DNA of 64,000 nt from Eledone cirrhosa (taxonomy: Eukaryota): assembly GCA_964016885.1 (NCBI GenBank), contig OZ024745.1, forward strand, positions 112,654,001 through 112,718,000, given 5' to 3'. A program made the position numbers and the translations under genes. This document shows positions 25,601 to 38,423 of this stretch, one piece after another. Position 1 is the first letter of the stretch; each line of letters opens with the position of its first letter. Below the pieces are notes generated by a model. That model saw only the letters and a list, made by a program, of their open reading frames with translations. It did no database searches and was not told the DNA's origin.

Positions 25601-26023
25601 AAGAAGAACTGCAATAGTACTTTATTTATCCGACTTAGACGGATGAAAGGCAAAGCTGACTATGGGGGCATTTGAATTCAGTGCGTTGTAAGCCGGCATT
25701 TAATCCGGTGCCCTAACGCCTGTTCCAATTCCGTGCCCTGTATACTTTATTATATAAACAATTTATTGTAATATTGTTTTTGATTCTTTGTTATTTCATT
25801 TGGCGCATTTCTCCTTTTTCTTTAAAAAAATTATTACAGCAAAGTTCGTAATTAAGTGCCTTACAACGTTTTTTCAGCCCTCTACACTCTACGTTTAGAT
25901 CCTACTCGGGTAAACTTTGCTTTTCATCGTTCTAAGTTCGATAAAATTACTGCCAGTAATATTAACGGACTGCAACGGAAAGGAAATGCGGGATATTAAA
26001 AGTGTAAGTATATCTAATAGCAG

Positions 26024-26029
26024 TTTATT
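26024..26029 (-). terminator. Candidate poly(A) signal of the minus-strand phosphorylase
   Basis: AATAAA on the minus strand about 70 nt after the stop codon. Confidence 0.45.
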
Positions 26030-26100
26030 TAGCCCTTTTTAAAAATACTTTTATGTAAATCATGAACTGTTTTTTATAAACCATTCATTTAAGATGGTCA

Positions 26101-28584
26101 TTAGAAGTTATGTGCAATTAACTCAGCACCCCATATATTAGATGCATATTCTTTGACAGCTCGATCACTTGAGAATTTTCCACAAGAAGCTATGTTCAAT
26201 AGAGATCTTCTTAACCATTCTTTAGTATTTTGATAAAGAATTTCCACTTCATCTTGGGCTCTTATGTAATCTTCGTAATCTTCAAGAAGCATATACTGAT
26301 CGTAATGATACAAGCTATCATAGATGTCCATAAACAGAGAGTGATTGTCAGGACTGAAGTACCCTTCTTTAATCATGTCCATTGCTCTTCGTAATTCTTC
26401 ATTACGATGATAATGACGGGATGGTGTATATCCATCATCTTTCAAAGTCTTAACCCCTTCAATGCACAAACCAAAAAGAAACATATTATCTTTTCCAACT
26501 TCATTCGCAATTTCGATATTGGCACCATCCATTGTACCAATTGTCAACGCTCCATTGGCCATGAATTTCATGTTTGATGTGCCACAAGCTTCTGTTCCGG
26601 CTGTCGAAATTTGTTCACTAAGATCTGCAGCAGGTATAATTTTCTCAGCCATAGATATGTTATAATCTTCTAAATAAACTACTTTAAGTTTGTTTCCTAT
26701 ATCAGTATCATTATTGACAATCTTCGCAATATTATTGATAAATTTTATAATAAGTTTACCCATTTTGTAACTAGGAGAGACTTTACCACCAATGATGACG
26801 GTACGAGCAACAACATACTTCTTATCGAATTTGATACGACAATATTTAGTAATTATATGAAGACAATTCAATAACTGGCGTTTGTGTTCGTGAATACGTT
26901 TTACATGGACATCAAATAAAGATGCTATGTTTATATTGATAAGATATTTTTCTTTAATATAATCAGCCATTTTCTTTTTATTTTCCATTCTAACTTCCAT
27001 TAAATCTCTTAAAATATGGCCATCAGACTCGTATTTTCTAATATCATTTAAATTTTGAAACTCTGTGACCCATGACTCTCCAATTCTTCCTGAAATCAAA
27101 TCCGAAAGACATGGATTACACTGAAGTAACCATCGCCTTGGTGATATTCCATTAGTCACATTTTTAAATTTATGTGGCGTCATTTCATAGAAGTCTTTAA
27201 ACATTTCATGTTTTAGTATTTCTGTATGTATTATAGCTACGCCATTAATTACATGTGAACCAACGATACACAAATAAGCCATGTTTATTTTTTTGTAAGG
27301 CTCCTCTTCGAATATGGACAGATTCCTTCTTCGTTCACCATCATTTGGCCATATTCTATCAGCTTTTTCTAAATGTAAATGATTGAGATGGTAAATAATC
27401 TGCATATGCCTAGGAAGCAATGACTCCACTACCGTAGCAGGCCAACGCTCAAGAGTTTCTGGGTCGAACGTGTGGTTTGTGTAAGAAAAGACATTACAGC
27501 TAATTTCCCATGCATCATCCCAATCCATGCATTCATCATCGACAAGTATTCTCATTAGTTCTGGTATTGCCAATCCAGGATGACTATCATTCAACTGTAT
27601 CGCTACTTTGTTTGGTAATTGAAAAAAGGCTTCTTTTCCCATATCTTGTCTTTCGCCTTTATCCTCTTTAAATCTTCTTATAATATCATGTAAAGTTGCT
27701 GCTACTAGAAAATATTCTTGTTTGAGGCGCAATTCTTGTCCTTCGAAGAAAGCCTCATTAGGAAAAAGGACAGATGAAAGATTTTCAGCCACGTTTCTTT
27801 CTAAAAGTGCTCTCATGTAATCTCCGTTATTAGAAAATCGTGCATGAAATTCTGTTGAGGAATTAGCTGACCAAAGTCTAAGAGTATTTACTATGTTGTT
27901 CTTGTAACCCGGAATTGGATAATCATAAGGAGTTGCAATTATGTTTTGCGTATCAAGCCAAGTAAAGCGACCATCTATAACTTCCACTCTTCCCCAAAAA
28001 CGAACGGGAACACTGTGTTCGGATCGACATTTTTCCCATGGGCACCCATATTCCAACCATTCATTTGGTGATTCACATTGCCATCCATTTTCGATTTTTT
28101 GTGTAAATATTCCATAATCATAGCGTATTCCGTATCCATATCCTGATACACCAATTGTAGCCATGGAATCTAAGTTAGAAGCTGCTAATAGACCAATGCT
28201 GCCGTTTCCTAATCCTGCTTCTGTTTCCATTTGAATAAGATTACTTAACTTTAAGTTCATCTGTCTTAAAGCTTCTTCGTTAGAATACATATTCCCAAGA
28301 CATAACATGGCATTTTCTAGAAACTTACCCATATAAAATTCCATAGAAAGATAATATACCCTTTTGGGATCATTATCAGTATTATATTGCCGAGTTTTGA
28401 TCCAACGTCCAGCAAGTTGGTCTTTAATAGAGTGGGCTAAGGCGACATAGTAATCTCTTCTGCTAGCTACATCTCTATTTTTCATACATGTAAAGTGAAG
28501 ATGTCGATTGAAAGATTTTTTAATGTTTTCTATATTCATCTCCTCTTGACCCCCCGACGTTTTGTATATATTATTCGAAGACAT
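26101..28584 (-). CDS. Glycogen phosphorylase-family protein (GT35), intronless, 827 aa, divergent
   Basis: Uninterrupted ORF; FNRHLHFT, ELRLKQEYF, IIRRFK, IQLNDSHP, YTNHT, VKRIHEHKRQLLN, EACGTSNMKFMANGALTIGTMDGAN, GKFSSDRAV. Confidence 0.96.
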   Translation of the reverse strand: MSSNNIYKTSGGQEEMNIENIKKSFNRHLHFTCMKNRDVASRRDYYVALAHSIKDQLAGRWIKTRQYNTDNDPKRVYYLSMEFYMGKFLENAMLCLGNMYSNEEALRQMNLKLSNLIQMETEAGLGNGSIGLLAASNLDSMATIGVSGYGYGIRYDYGIFTQKIENGWQCESPNEWLEYGCPWEKCRSEHSVPVRFWGRVEVIDGRFTWLDTQNIIATPYDYPIPGYKNNIVNTLRLWSANSSTEFHARFSNNGDYMRALLERNVAENLSSVLFPNEAFFEGQELRLKQEYFLVAATLHDIIRRFKEDKGERQDMGKEAFFQLPNKVAIQLNDSHPGLAIPELMRILVDDECMDWDDAWEISCNVFSYTNHTFDPETLERWPATVVESLLPRHMQIIYHLNHLHLEKADRIWPNDGERRRNLSIFEEEPYKKINMAYLCIVGSHVINGVAIIHTEILKHEMFKDFYEMTPHKFKNVTNGISPRRWLLQCNPCLSDLISGRIGESWVTEFQNLNDIRKYESDGHILRDLMEVRMENKKKMADYIKEKYLININIASLFDVHVKRIHEHKRQLLNCLHIITKYCRIKFDKKYVVARTVIIGGKVSPSYKMGKLIIKFINNIAKIVNNDTDIGNKLKVVYLEDYNISMAEKIIPAADLSEQISTAGTEACGTSNMKFMANGALTIGTMDGANIEIANEVGKDNMFLFGLCIEGVKTLKDDGYTPSRHYHRNEELRRAMDMIKEGYFSPDNHSLFMDIYDSLYHYDQYMLLEDYEDYIRAQDEVEILYQNTKEWLRRSLLNIASCGKFSSDRAVKEYASNIWGAELIAHNF

Positions 28585-28721
28585 ACCTCTCTTTCCTTTG
28601 CGTCTTCTATTATACCTTTGTTATTAAAGTTTCATTTTCTTTTGACATAGATTAAACTCTCGAAATATATAGCTGAGTAAAATTAAGATAGTTTGTTTCT
28701 GATAGTATCAGCTTGACTTTA

Positions 28722-28765
28722 TTACGTCACTGCACAGATTCACTTGACCTATCTTATGACATCAT
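28722..28765 (-). promoter_or_regulatory. Two CRE/ATF-like sites upstream of the minus-strand phosphorylase
   Basis: TTACGTCA at 28722-28729 and ATGACATCAT at 28756-28765, about 140-180 bp upstream of the ATG. Confidence 0.4.
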
Positions 28766-29431
28766 ATTGATTTTCGATATACGTTCGTTTTGCTTTCATT
28801 TTGTAGGACTTGATTAATATTCGCTTCTCCATTCGCCAAAAAAGAATATTTTAGACTATAAATAATATATAGTTTTTTTTTGTTTTTTTTAATTAGTAGA
28901 AGTTTTATTGTAAAAAATGCAAGTGTCTTTTGTGGTTATGAAAACGGAAAAGGAAGGGAAAGGCAAGGGTTCCAGGACCACAGAAGAATGGGAGGGGGTG
29001 ATAGGCTTTAGGCCCAGGGCGCGGCGGTATTGGGGCTGCGCCCCGTGTTTGTTTAGTTTTCGTTGCAACACAAACAACAAAAATTATATACTATACAACT
29101 TTGATTTTTAGAAAATAAAATTCTAGGGTATATATTCAGTGTGATGTTGTCATTTAATCATGTCAATTATTTATATAGTATCGTTCCAGTTTTAATTAAA
29201 TATTCAGTATACAAATACAAAAACCTATAAACAACAACAAAAATGTCTAACTTCCAAACGCTGTGCCTGAAAAAGCAGTCAAGTCTACCTTGTCTTCATT
29301 TATTTTAGTCATTAATGTCTGTTGATATACGTGACCAGTCTCGGCAAACAATACAGCACGCCAAGATTGCTACAATGCAATTCAACAATAAATCATGAAT
29401 ATATGGAATATCCTGAGGGCTTGATCTGTGT

Positions 29432-29686
29432 CTAAGTCTAAAGTCTGTCTTAAGACAGAAGGGTTGTTAGGCCGGTGCTTATCCTGATTTCATGGCGTGA
29501 AGCGACTGAGATTACAAGACTTTCCCCTGGACAGGACGCTAGTCCATCGCATGGTTAAACCCCCGACTATTACTTGTACTCATTTTCAGCTGAGCATACT
29601 GGAGCAACGTAAAATGAAGCGTTTTACTCAAGAATACAGCACGCAACCCAGCCCAGGAATCCAATCTACTAGGCCACGCGCCTCCA
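29432..29686 (-). mobile_element. tRNA-derived SINE family C; other copies at 50275-50531 and 62540-62813
   Basis: Minus-strand head GGAGGCGCGTGGCCTAGT, then TTCTTGAG.AAAAC.CTT and GTTGCTCCAGTAT.CTCAGCT, shared among the copies. Confidence 0.75.
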
Positions 29687-30134
29687 CTCTGTGCATGACA
29701 ACCAAATGTTCGGCGTAATCCCTATAGATTATAGATCCGTTGTGCAGAGTTATTTAATACGACACAATTGCAATTACAATAAAGAATTATATTAATTTAT
29801 TTTTGACAAATCACAAAGTCTAGCTCTGTGTCTTTACAGGGCTTAATTTACTAAAATCGTATATTTTCTCTAGGTATTCTAAGATCTGGCAGTGATATTT
29901 AGTTTTTTGTCCGGAAGAAGGTGACGTGTTCATGGTTTTCGCGATCATTTTGATATCAGAATGATTCAGCCTTTAATATTTATCTTAAGCACTTTCATGT
30001 CAACAGCCGCAGGAAAAATGTGCAGAAAGAAAACCCCAAAAGTTGAGGAAGGGTTGAAAATATAGTTGATGGGAGCAGAGACTACTGAAGTAGTGGTAAA
30101 CAAGACGGTGTGGAGGAGAAAAAGATTGAGAGGG

Positions 30135-31745
30135 CCGATTCTTCTGTCCCTTTTCTTGATCTCTCTCTCTCTATCAATTACTCTCACCAGACCCTCTCTA
30201 CTTCTATCTTCTATAAACCTACTGACTCCCACTCTTACCTCGACTTCACCTCCTGCCATCTAACCCACACCAGACTCTCCATACCCTACTCCCAATTCCT
30301 CTGTCTTCGTCGGTTCTGTAGCTAGGTCCACGATTTCGAAACCCATTCCCTTCACATGGCTTCCCACTTTATCCAGTGTGGATATTCCCACACCCTGATC
30401 TAAGCTGCTCTCACCCTCGCCCATGAAACCGACCGTACCGCAGCCCTCTCACACCACCAGTGCCCTCCCAACACCAGCCTTCCTTTCCCTCTCATCTACC
30501 ACCCCATCACTTTACCTCTCCGGCGACATATTCTCCGTTCCTTCCGCACCCTCTCCTCTGATCCCATCACTTCTCGCTTTTTCCTAACCCATCTATCACC
30601 GCTTTTAAGCGCGCCCGCAATCTCCGCGACCTCCTGCTACGCAGTTCCTTCTCGTCCTCTCCTACGACTCCACCCGGCTCTCATCCTTGTTCTCGTCCCC
30701 ATTGTAAGATCTGTCCTTTCATTTCTAGCCTCACCACTCTCACAGGCATCAACAGTTCATTCCGTATCCGCCACTCCTTCACTTGCACCTCCACCCACGT
30801 AGTCTATGCCCCCCGGTGTTCCCTTTGCGGGTCCTTATACATCGGCCAAACGGGACGCCGTTTGGCAGACCGTTTTGCTGAACATTTGATGGACATACGA
30901 CTCGGTATGGATACTCCTGTCGCCCGTCATTTCCGTACCCCAGGTCACTCTTCCCTACGTGTCTCAGTCCTTGGTGTCCTTTTACATCACGGATCATAGG
31001 CCTCACATACCATGACGAAACAGAATCTGATTTTCCGCCCTGGGTCCTGTTTCCCTCATAGACTCAACTCCCCTCCCCAATTTTTTTAATATTACACACA
31101 TAGTTCGTGCTTACTTCTCTACTCTTTGTCCCCGTCACGTTTACCTCGCCAGTTGTCACACACGCGCTTGTACATTCACCCCTAGATTCCTTTGGCTCTC
31201 TTAAGGTCATAAACATATACCCTTACAGCTGATACAGACCAACAAAATGCTCACACACACCTTTACTTTTCCCTTCACAGCTCTGTATACAAATACACAC
31301 ACTCCCTTTTATTAACATACTTTTGCTCACAGCTTCGTACTTACAAGCGCACACACTTTTTTACTTACATATACACACACATATCCTCTTAGCTTCGTGC
31401 GGATGTATAACAACACGCATACACACATGCATACGCACGCGCACACGTATAGTTCTATATACAAAACATTTTTTTTTCCATTTCAGGTAGATACACTCCA
31501 TCATCCACTTTTCTAAAAAAAGTATATCACACACAAAACGCCAGCATCAACAGTTTTCCAAGGAATGGCAACATGAATGGATCTGTTATTTTTCTTTAAA
31601 AACATTTTTTTTTCGATTCCATCCTGCCCGTACCTTCAATCTTTCTAATTTTTCATTCTTTTGATGAAGGACTATCGTCCGATACGTTAAGGTCCTCTTC
31701 CTGCTATTTCAAGCGTTAAACTAATATATTATATCCATATACTTT
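30135..31745 (+). mobile_element. Penelope-like element, degenerate (RT thumb + GIY-YIG endonuclease + 3' region)
   Basis: SVPFLDLSL...FYKPTDSHSYLDFTSCH...SIPYSQFLCLRR; CSRPHCKIC; FTCTSTHVVY..RCSLCGSLYIGQTGRRLADRFAEH..VARHF; stops and frameshifts. Confidence 0.9.
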
Positions 31746-31773
31746 ACCGATTGTGTTGTTATTTCTGTTTACC

Positions 31774-31862
<89 letters not shown>

Positions 31863-31864
31863 TA

Positions 31865-31970
<106 letters not shown>

Positions 31971-32599
31971 TAGGTTTGAAGAACATACAGATAAAATTTA
32001 CCTAATCTTTTTTCTTAGTCCAGAGAAATTAACTAAATAAATAATCAATTAAACGAAGCTAAGTTTAAAATGTAAGTTTGAAGTTAATAGATAAATGTTT
32101 GCCGATGCTCCCCTAACCCCGACAGCCGGCAGTTTCGTTTGTGCTATGTGGAAATGTGGAAGACCGCTACACATTTACAGTATCCATGAGGTGTCAAGCA
32201 AACATTTATCTATTAATCAAGGCAAACATTTATGTATTATTTCTTCAAATCCCGCCGAGGTTGACTTTGCTTTTCATCCTTACGAGGTCGATAAAATAAA
32301 GTACCAGTAATGCACTGGATAATTGCTGGCCTTGTGCCTAAAGTAGAAACAATTATTTCTTAAGACTTACATTTTAAACTTAGCCCCGTTTAATTGATTA
32401 TTTATTTATTTAATTTCTCCGGACTAAGAAGCAAGATTAGGTAAATTTTACCTGTATGTTCTTCAAATTTATAATCTTATATAGCTCTGATTAATGACTA
32501 TTTATTTAATTCATTCATTGAGCTACATCGTTGAAGGTGGGTTACACTCATATATGTATCTATGCTTATGTTTAAATATATATGTTTCCCCTGACTTTG

Positions 32600-32636
<37 letters not shown>

Positions 32637-32648
32637 TATATATAGTAA

Positions 32649-32838
32649 TAATTGTTTCTACTTTAGGCACAAGGCCAGCAATTACCCAGTGCATTACTGG
32701 TACTTTATTTTATCGACCCCGTAAGGATGAAAGGCAAAGTCAACCTCGCCGAGATTTGAACTCAGATCGTAAAGGGACGTAACTATGCTGGAAAGCATGG
32801 CGTCCGACCCTCTACCGATACTGCCAATCCACCGCCCT
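32649..32838 (-). mobile_element. SINE family A, full length
   Basis: Near-consensus reverse complement; partial plus-strand copy at 32244-32355. Confidence 0.9.
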
Positions 32839-33024
32839 ATATATATAGTAATAATAATAAATTTATTTTTATATATATAAACACTTCTCCCTAAGACGAA
32901 CCCACAACATACACACGTCAACATACATACCTACATCAGCACACATCTCTACCCACATATAAACACAATGACATACGTAAACACACATGCTCTATGGTGC
33001 AACACAAAAAATATATATATATAG

Positions 33025-33154
<130 letters not shown>

Positions 33155-33495
33155 ATATATATATAGTGAATATCATTTCACACCTTTTATTGTTAAGATT
33201 TTTGATGTTCTATTAAGAGAACCGATTTTACTGAAAAAATCGAATAATGTACACCATTTTACCAGGGGGGAAAAAATACTCGTCCACCCACACACACACA
33301 CACACATTCTCACACACACACACACATATATATACACACACACACACGCACGCGTACATTAACATACAAAGAGACTTATACACACACACACACACTTCTC
33401 CGTATAAGACAAAAGCTGAAAAATATCTTTTGACATGCTAAAATACTTACAGACACATTCTTACTGACCATCCCTGCTACCACGAATTACTCTGC

Positions 33496-33604
<109 letters not shown>

Positions 33605-33721
33605 ATCTTAATAGCCATTTGACACACATCCCTGCTAACCATTATCACAACATCGAACATCTTACTACTACCACACACACACACACACACATACATTTGT
33701 TGTGAAAGAGTCATTTCTCAA

Positions 33722-33965
33722 TCTTGGCGCAAAACCAATTTTTTATTCACATGACCTCTACCGACCAATCAAAATTGTTTTGACCACAAGAATTTTTGCA
33801 AACACCAAGTAGCGCTGGAGCCACTTTTTTAACATAAAAACTGTCTTGGCGCAAAATCAATTTTTTACATTCACATGACCTCTACCGACCAATCAAAATT
33901 GTTTTGACCACAAGAATTTTTGCAACACCAAAGTAGCGCTGGAGCCACTTTTTTAACATAAAAAC
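33722..33965. repeat. 122-bp tandem duplication inside an unclassified interspersed repeat (about 33160-34184)
   Basis: TCTTGGCGCAAAA.CAATTTTTT starts at 33722 and 33844. Confidence 0.9.
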
Positions 33966-34178
33966 AGGTAGAATTCCCAAAACTAATCAGATCAGAGCAA
34001 ACAACACGGACACTCTATCTCAAAATTATTTTTGAAAAGCATTTAGAAATGCGCAACCGGTAAAAACTTAAAAACTTAAAACCACAACTGAATACTAACC
34101 CATACAATTACTAATACTCTTTTATTCCTAATTAAACCATTTTTCAACTGTGAACAATTTGTCAGCATTTTCTATTCC

Positions 34179-34244
<66 letters not shown>

Positions 34245-34543
34245 TAGCGAGAATCGTTTTCAGCTCAGGAATTAACGAAAATCAACGTCCGATATGTGTG
34301 GCAAGCGCTCGATGAATCATATGAATCAGAGCTACAACATACGTTAAGGGCCAAACACACTGAGATGATGGTTAAACATATCATCCGCACAGCCAAAACA
34401 AAACGACCAAGTAATTCGGGTCAAAACAATAAAAATATATGTGTTGATACTTTCCGATATATATATATATATATATATCGTTTCAGAAAAATGGCGTAGG
34501 ACAGAACAAAGGAAAGGCACAGAAAACAAAGAAAGGAATCCCC

Positions 34544-34588
34544 AGTCACTGAAGAGGTCACAGAATGTGTGACGAAAGGACTATGACT
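34544..34588 (+). ncRNA. Minimal type-I hammerhead ribozyme motif
   Basis: AGTCA-CTGAAGA-G-GTCACA-gaatg-TGTGAC-GAAA-GGAC-TA-TGACT; helices I and II pair perfectly. Confidence 0.7.
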
Positions 34589-34754
34589 ATATATAAACAA
34601 CTATCTGGTTGTGAACCAACCAACCAACCAGAAATTTATAAATTTATAAATTTGTAAATTTATAAATATATAATAAATTGAAGTGAAAGCCAACTGTGGC
34701 GTGTGTTTCTTATTGGCAACATGACCCTCCCAAAGTATAACAATATATATATAT

Positions 34755-34798
<44 letters not shown>

Positions 34799-34867
34799 TA
34801 TATTATAAATAAAGTACCAGTAATACACTGGGTAATTACTCAGTGTATTACTGGTACTTTATTTATA

Positions 34868-34916
<49 letters not shown>

Positions 34917-35158
34917 ATATTATAAATAAAGTACCAGTAATACACTGGGTAATTGCTGACCTTGTGCCTAACCTAGAAACAATTATATTATATTATATAT
35001 TATATTATATTATATATATATTCATTTTATTAAAGCTAAGTAGTGAGTCTCGTTACTCTGGAGTTTCGCCTGTTTATCACAGGGTCATAAAATGAATATT
35101 AAAACTCTATTTCGGTATTGAGTACTCTTTTCTCTCACCCGTCAACCTGTGTGTGGAA

Positions 35159-35189
<31 letters not shown>

Positions 35190-35489
35190 GAAAAAAAGAG
35201 GAGACAGCATGTCTGTGGGATAGAAGTTGGGTTGTGTTGGTGAGCAACTTTATGCAATAGCTTTTTTGGGGTGCGGTTAGGATGTTTGTATGTGTAGCAG
35301 CAGTACGTCTCAAATCTGGAGGCAGTTCCCCTCTTGCTCCACAATATATCTATGGATAGGAAAAGGAAAAAGGAAAAAAGTGCTCAATCTAGTGTAAGAG
35401 AGCTGATATATTATTTATTTATGTTTATACACAGAACACGTATTGCGCTAGTTAAGGTTTCAAGGTCAGTTATGGACCACCCCTGTAGA

Positions 35490-36850
35490 CTATACACGGT
35501 GATGGAGAATGCGTGAAGGTGCAAAGAAAAACTTATCTCTTTCATCAGGCGCTAATATATAGATAGCCTATCCAAGAAGATGTGAAAGTAATTCTTCCGA
35601 GAAAAGCAGAAGAAGTAATTTCATAGTTTTTTAATGCGGTTCTCCACCAAGAAATATATATGGGTCAATCTGGTAGTTGGCATAACGATGGACTGTGTTT
35701 TTCCAATACTGTTCATATTGGTAATTGCGTTTATCTCCAAGGTCAATAAAACTCGGGAATGGATATTGAAGTAGACCCCTATCATCTAAAAGTTTTCATG
35801 GATGATGCTACAGTTCTTGCCACAAAAAGAGAGGAAACACAAGATACTGAAGCAGTCGAATGAGATAGTCGCCTTTCCATGGTAAGTTTCAAACTAAAGA
35901 ATTGCCGGAAAGGAAAAGTAGCTGTCATATTTATTGTAGCCAATTAGGTCATTCCAACAGTGACAGAGGAACCGGTCAAGATCCTTGGAAGATGGTATTA
36001 TGACTCCTAGAAACATACAAAAAGAGGAACTGAAAGCAAGCAAATGGCAGAAAAAAAGCCAACAGATAATTGAGCAGTGTGGCCTCTCTGGTAAATACAA
36101 GGTCTGGTGACTGGAGTTCATGTTTAACCCGAAGCTTCTCTAGCTTCTACTGAAATACGACATCAGCACTAGTACAATGGAAATGATGGAGGCCTAAATC
36201 AATAAATACATAAAGGGACTGGCTGGCTGTCCCAGCTGGTTTCACTGACGTTGCGTTCTACTGTCTTTCACCAAGCGATGCCTAAGGATTGCCCCTCAAG
36301 TTCATCTCCTAAGAACACAAGGTTGGAAAAGCATGCTTGGAGACAAGGCAAGGTGTGAAATAAATGCAACCCAAGCTAAAGACTCATGGAATGTCTGGAG
36401 GCGATGAATATGCTGTAAAGGAAATACTCATGGTCAAATAGATAACGGGACATATGCAACTCAGTAGAGAGGAACTGGGTTCAACAAGAATGGAATGGTG
36501 GTCAAGGCTAACAGGTAGACAAGAATGGATTCGGTATTATATGAAGCGAAAAAGAGAGGGTTGTCTTAAGAATCCGGAAGGCAGTCCAGTAAAGTCAACA
36601 GTTGAGACGGCCTGTTTATGACCTCATGCACTCGAACCTGGTGAAGTCGAAGGAACCTGACAACTCCAACTACACACTCTGCCAGGGAAAACAGACAGTG
36701 GAACATAATCTCAGCTCACGCAGAGTAACGCAAATCCGAGACGTCTAGAGGTGGAGGCACAACCAAATGCTTAAGAAGATCACACATGTGATAAGTACTG
36801 CCAAAAGTCCATACCAACGGAATTTCCAGTAACATCCCACACTACAAGAG
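35490..36850 (+). mobile_element. Heavily decayed RLE-type LINE (HERO/NeSL-like)
   Basis: KVFMDDATV, SLGRWY, IEQCGLSGKYKVW, CQGKQTVEH.LS, WRHNQMLK; many stops. Confidence 0.7.
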
Positions 36851-36963
36851 GCAACAAACTGGGGTCAGGAATTGATGTGAGATCCGAGGGCATAGGATGT
36901 AAGAGGGAAAAAGGGGGAGAGTGAAAAGGCGTTGTGTTGAGAGAGAGAGGAAGAGAGAGAGAG

Positions 36964-36999
<36 letters not shown>

Positions 37000-37262
37000 A
37001 GTGAGAGGAGAGAGAGAGATGTGTGTGCGTGTGTGTATTCACAAAAAATCTAGTAAACACATTTGCTGGCAGTTAGTTGGTTCAGCCATATATATATATA
37101 TTTCTTCCTTCTTCCTTCGTCATTTCTTATCAAATGCATATAGCATCAACCCTTCATGAGTAACGATTACTAATTTAGGCAGAAAGCCATGAATTTGGGA
37201 AGAGGGAAAATCGATTGTATCGACCCCAGAAGAATGAAAAACAAAGATTCGGCAAAATTTGA

Positions 37263-37461
37263 NNNNNNNNNNNNNNNNNNNNNNNNNNNNNNNNNNNNNN
37301 NNNNNNNNNNNNNNNNNNNNNNNNNNNNNNNNNNNNNNNNNNNNNNNNNNNNNNNNNNNNNNNNNNNNNNNNNNNNNNNNNNNNNNNNNNNNNNNNNNNN
37401 NNNNNNNNNNNNNNNNNNNNNNNNNNNNNNNNNNNNNNNNNNNNNNNNNNNNNNNNNNNNN
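37263..37461. other. Assembly gap
   Basis: Run of N; 37152-37262 is repeated identically at 37462-37572. Confidence 0.99.
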
Positions 37462-38184
37462 NCTTCATGAGTAACGATTACTAATTTAGGCAGAAAGCCA
37501 TGAATTTGGGAAGAGGGAAAATCGATTGTATCGACCCCAGAAGAATGAAAAACAAAGATTCGGCAAAATTTGAACTCAGAACGTAAAGAGCTAGAAGAAT
37601 ACGGCAAGGCATTTTGTCCAATGCTTTACTGATTCTTCCAGTCAACTATGCTTTAGTTTATGTAATGCATGCAAGCTCCCGTAACTCCCGAGGGAGTCGT
37701 AGAGATGGGGGATCCGTATTGACATACGGCATTTTAGGGTATTTCTAAAACCTGGTGAAGCCCATCTCCTCTCCAAGTCTGAATACAGCAGATTTCTTCC
37801 AAAGAAGGATAGAAAGTAGAAGTGAAAAAGAGATATAGAGAAATAATCGACCCCAGTACTTGACTGCTGTTTTTTTTTATCGACCTTGAATGAATGAAAG
37901 GCAAAGTTGACTTCGGCTTTATTTGAACTCAGAGCGCAGAGACCCTTAACGAATCCGACGTTCTAACGACTCTGCCAATTATTTAATACGATTTAATACA
38001 TTATTTAATACGATTTAATATGATTGTAACACTGACATTAAAAATGTTGAAATATATTTTATTAACAAGAAGATATTATCAACATTAAAAATGTCTTAGG
38101 GACATGGGTGCTTCTTAGACAAACTCAATTGATTCTTCATAGTCGATTCTGAACGTTGAGAAACATTAAAAGATGAGCCTAAAG

Positions 38185-38302
38185 TTTTTTTTTTTTTTTT
38201 TCGCTGTGCATAGAATATTTATTTACAATAGTTTATAACTTTGCCTATTAATCCGTATGGTGAGCAAGTGGGGTCTCACGTGCTGGCCTCCCCACGGCCC
38301 CA
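38185..38302 (-). mobile_element. Extreme 3' end of the CRE-like element
   Basis: Reverse complement of about 23295-23380 (GCTCACCATACGGATTAATAGGCAAAGTTATAAACTATTGTAAATAAATA) plus poly(A). Confidence 0.85.
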
Positions 38303-38409
38303 CATATCTAAATTAGAAACTTTCTGGGAAGTTATTGGTTCCCGTAATAAAGTTCTGTTATATTCAATATTCTTGAAGCGTTAGATACACTAAATATGAA
38401 AATTAACCA

Positions 38410-38423
38410 TTATGACGTCATAA
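38410..38423. promoter_or_regulatory. Perfect CRE (TGACGTCA) within a 14-bp palindrome
   Basis: TTATGACGTCATAA about 240 bp upstream of the ATG at 38658. Confidence 0.5.

Noticed and set aside
37170-37607. ORFs containing X runs
   Set aside because: Artefacts of the N gap
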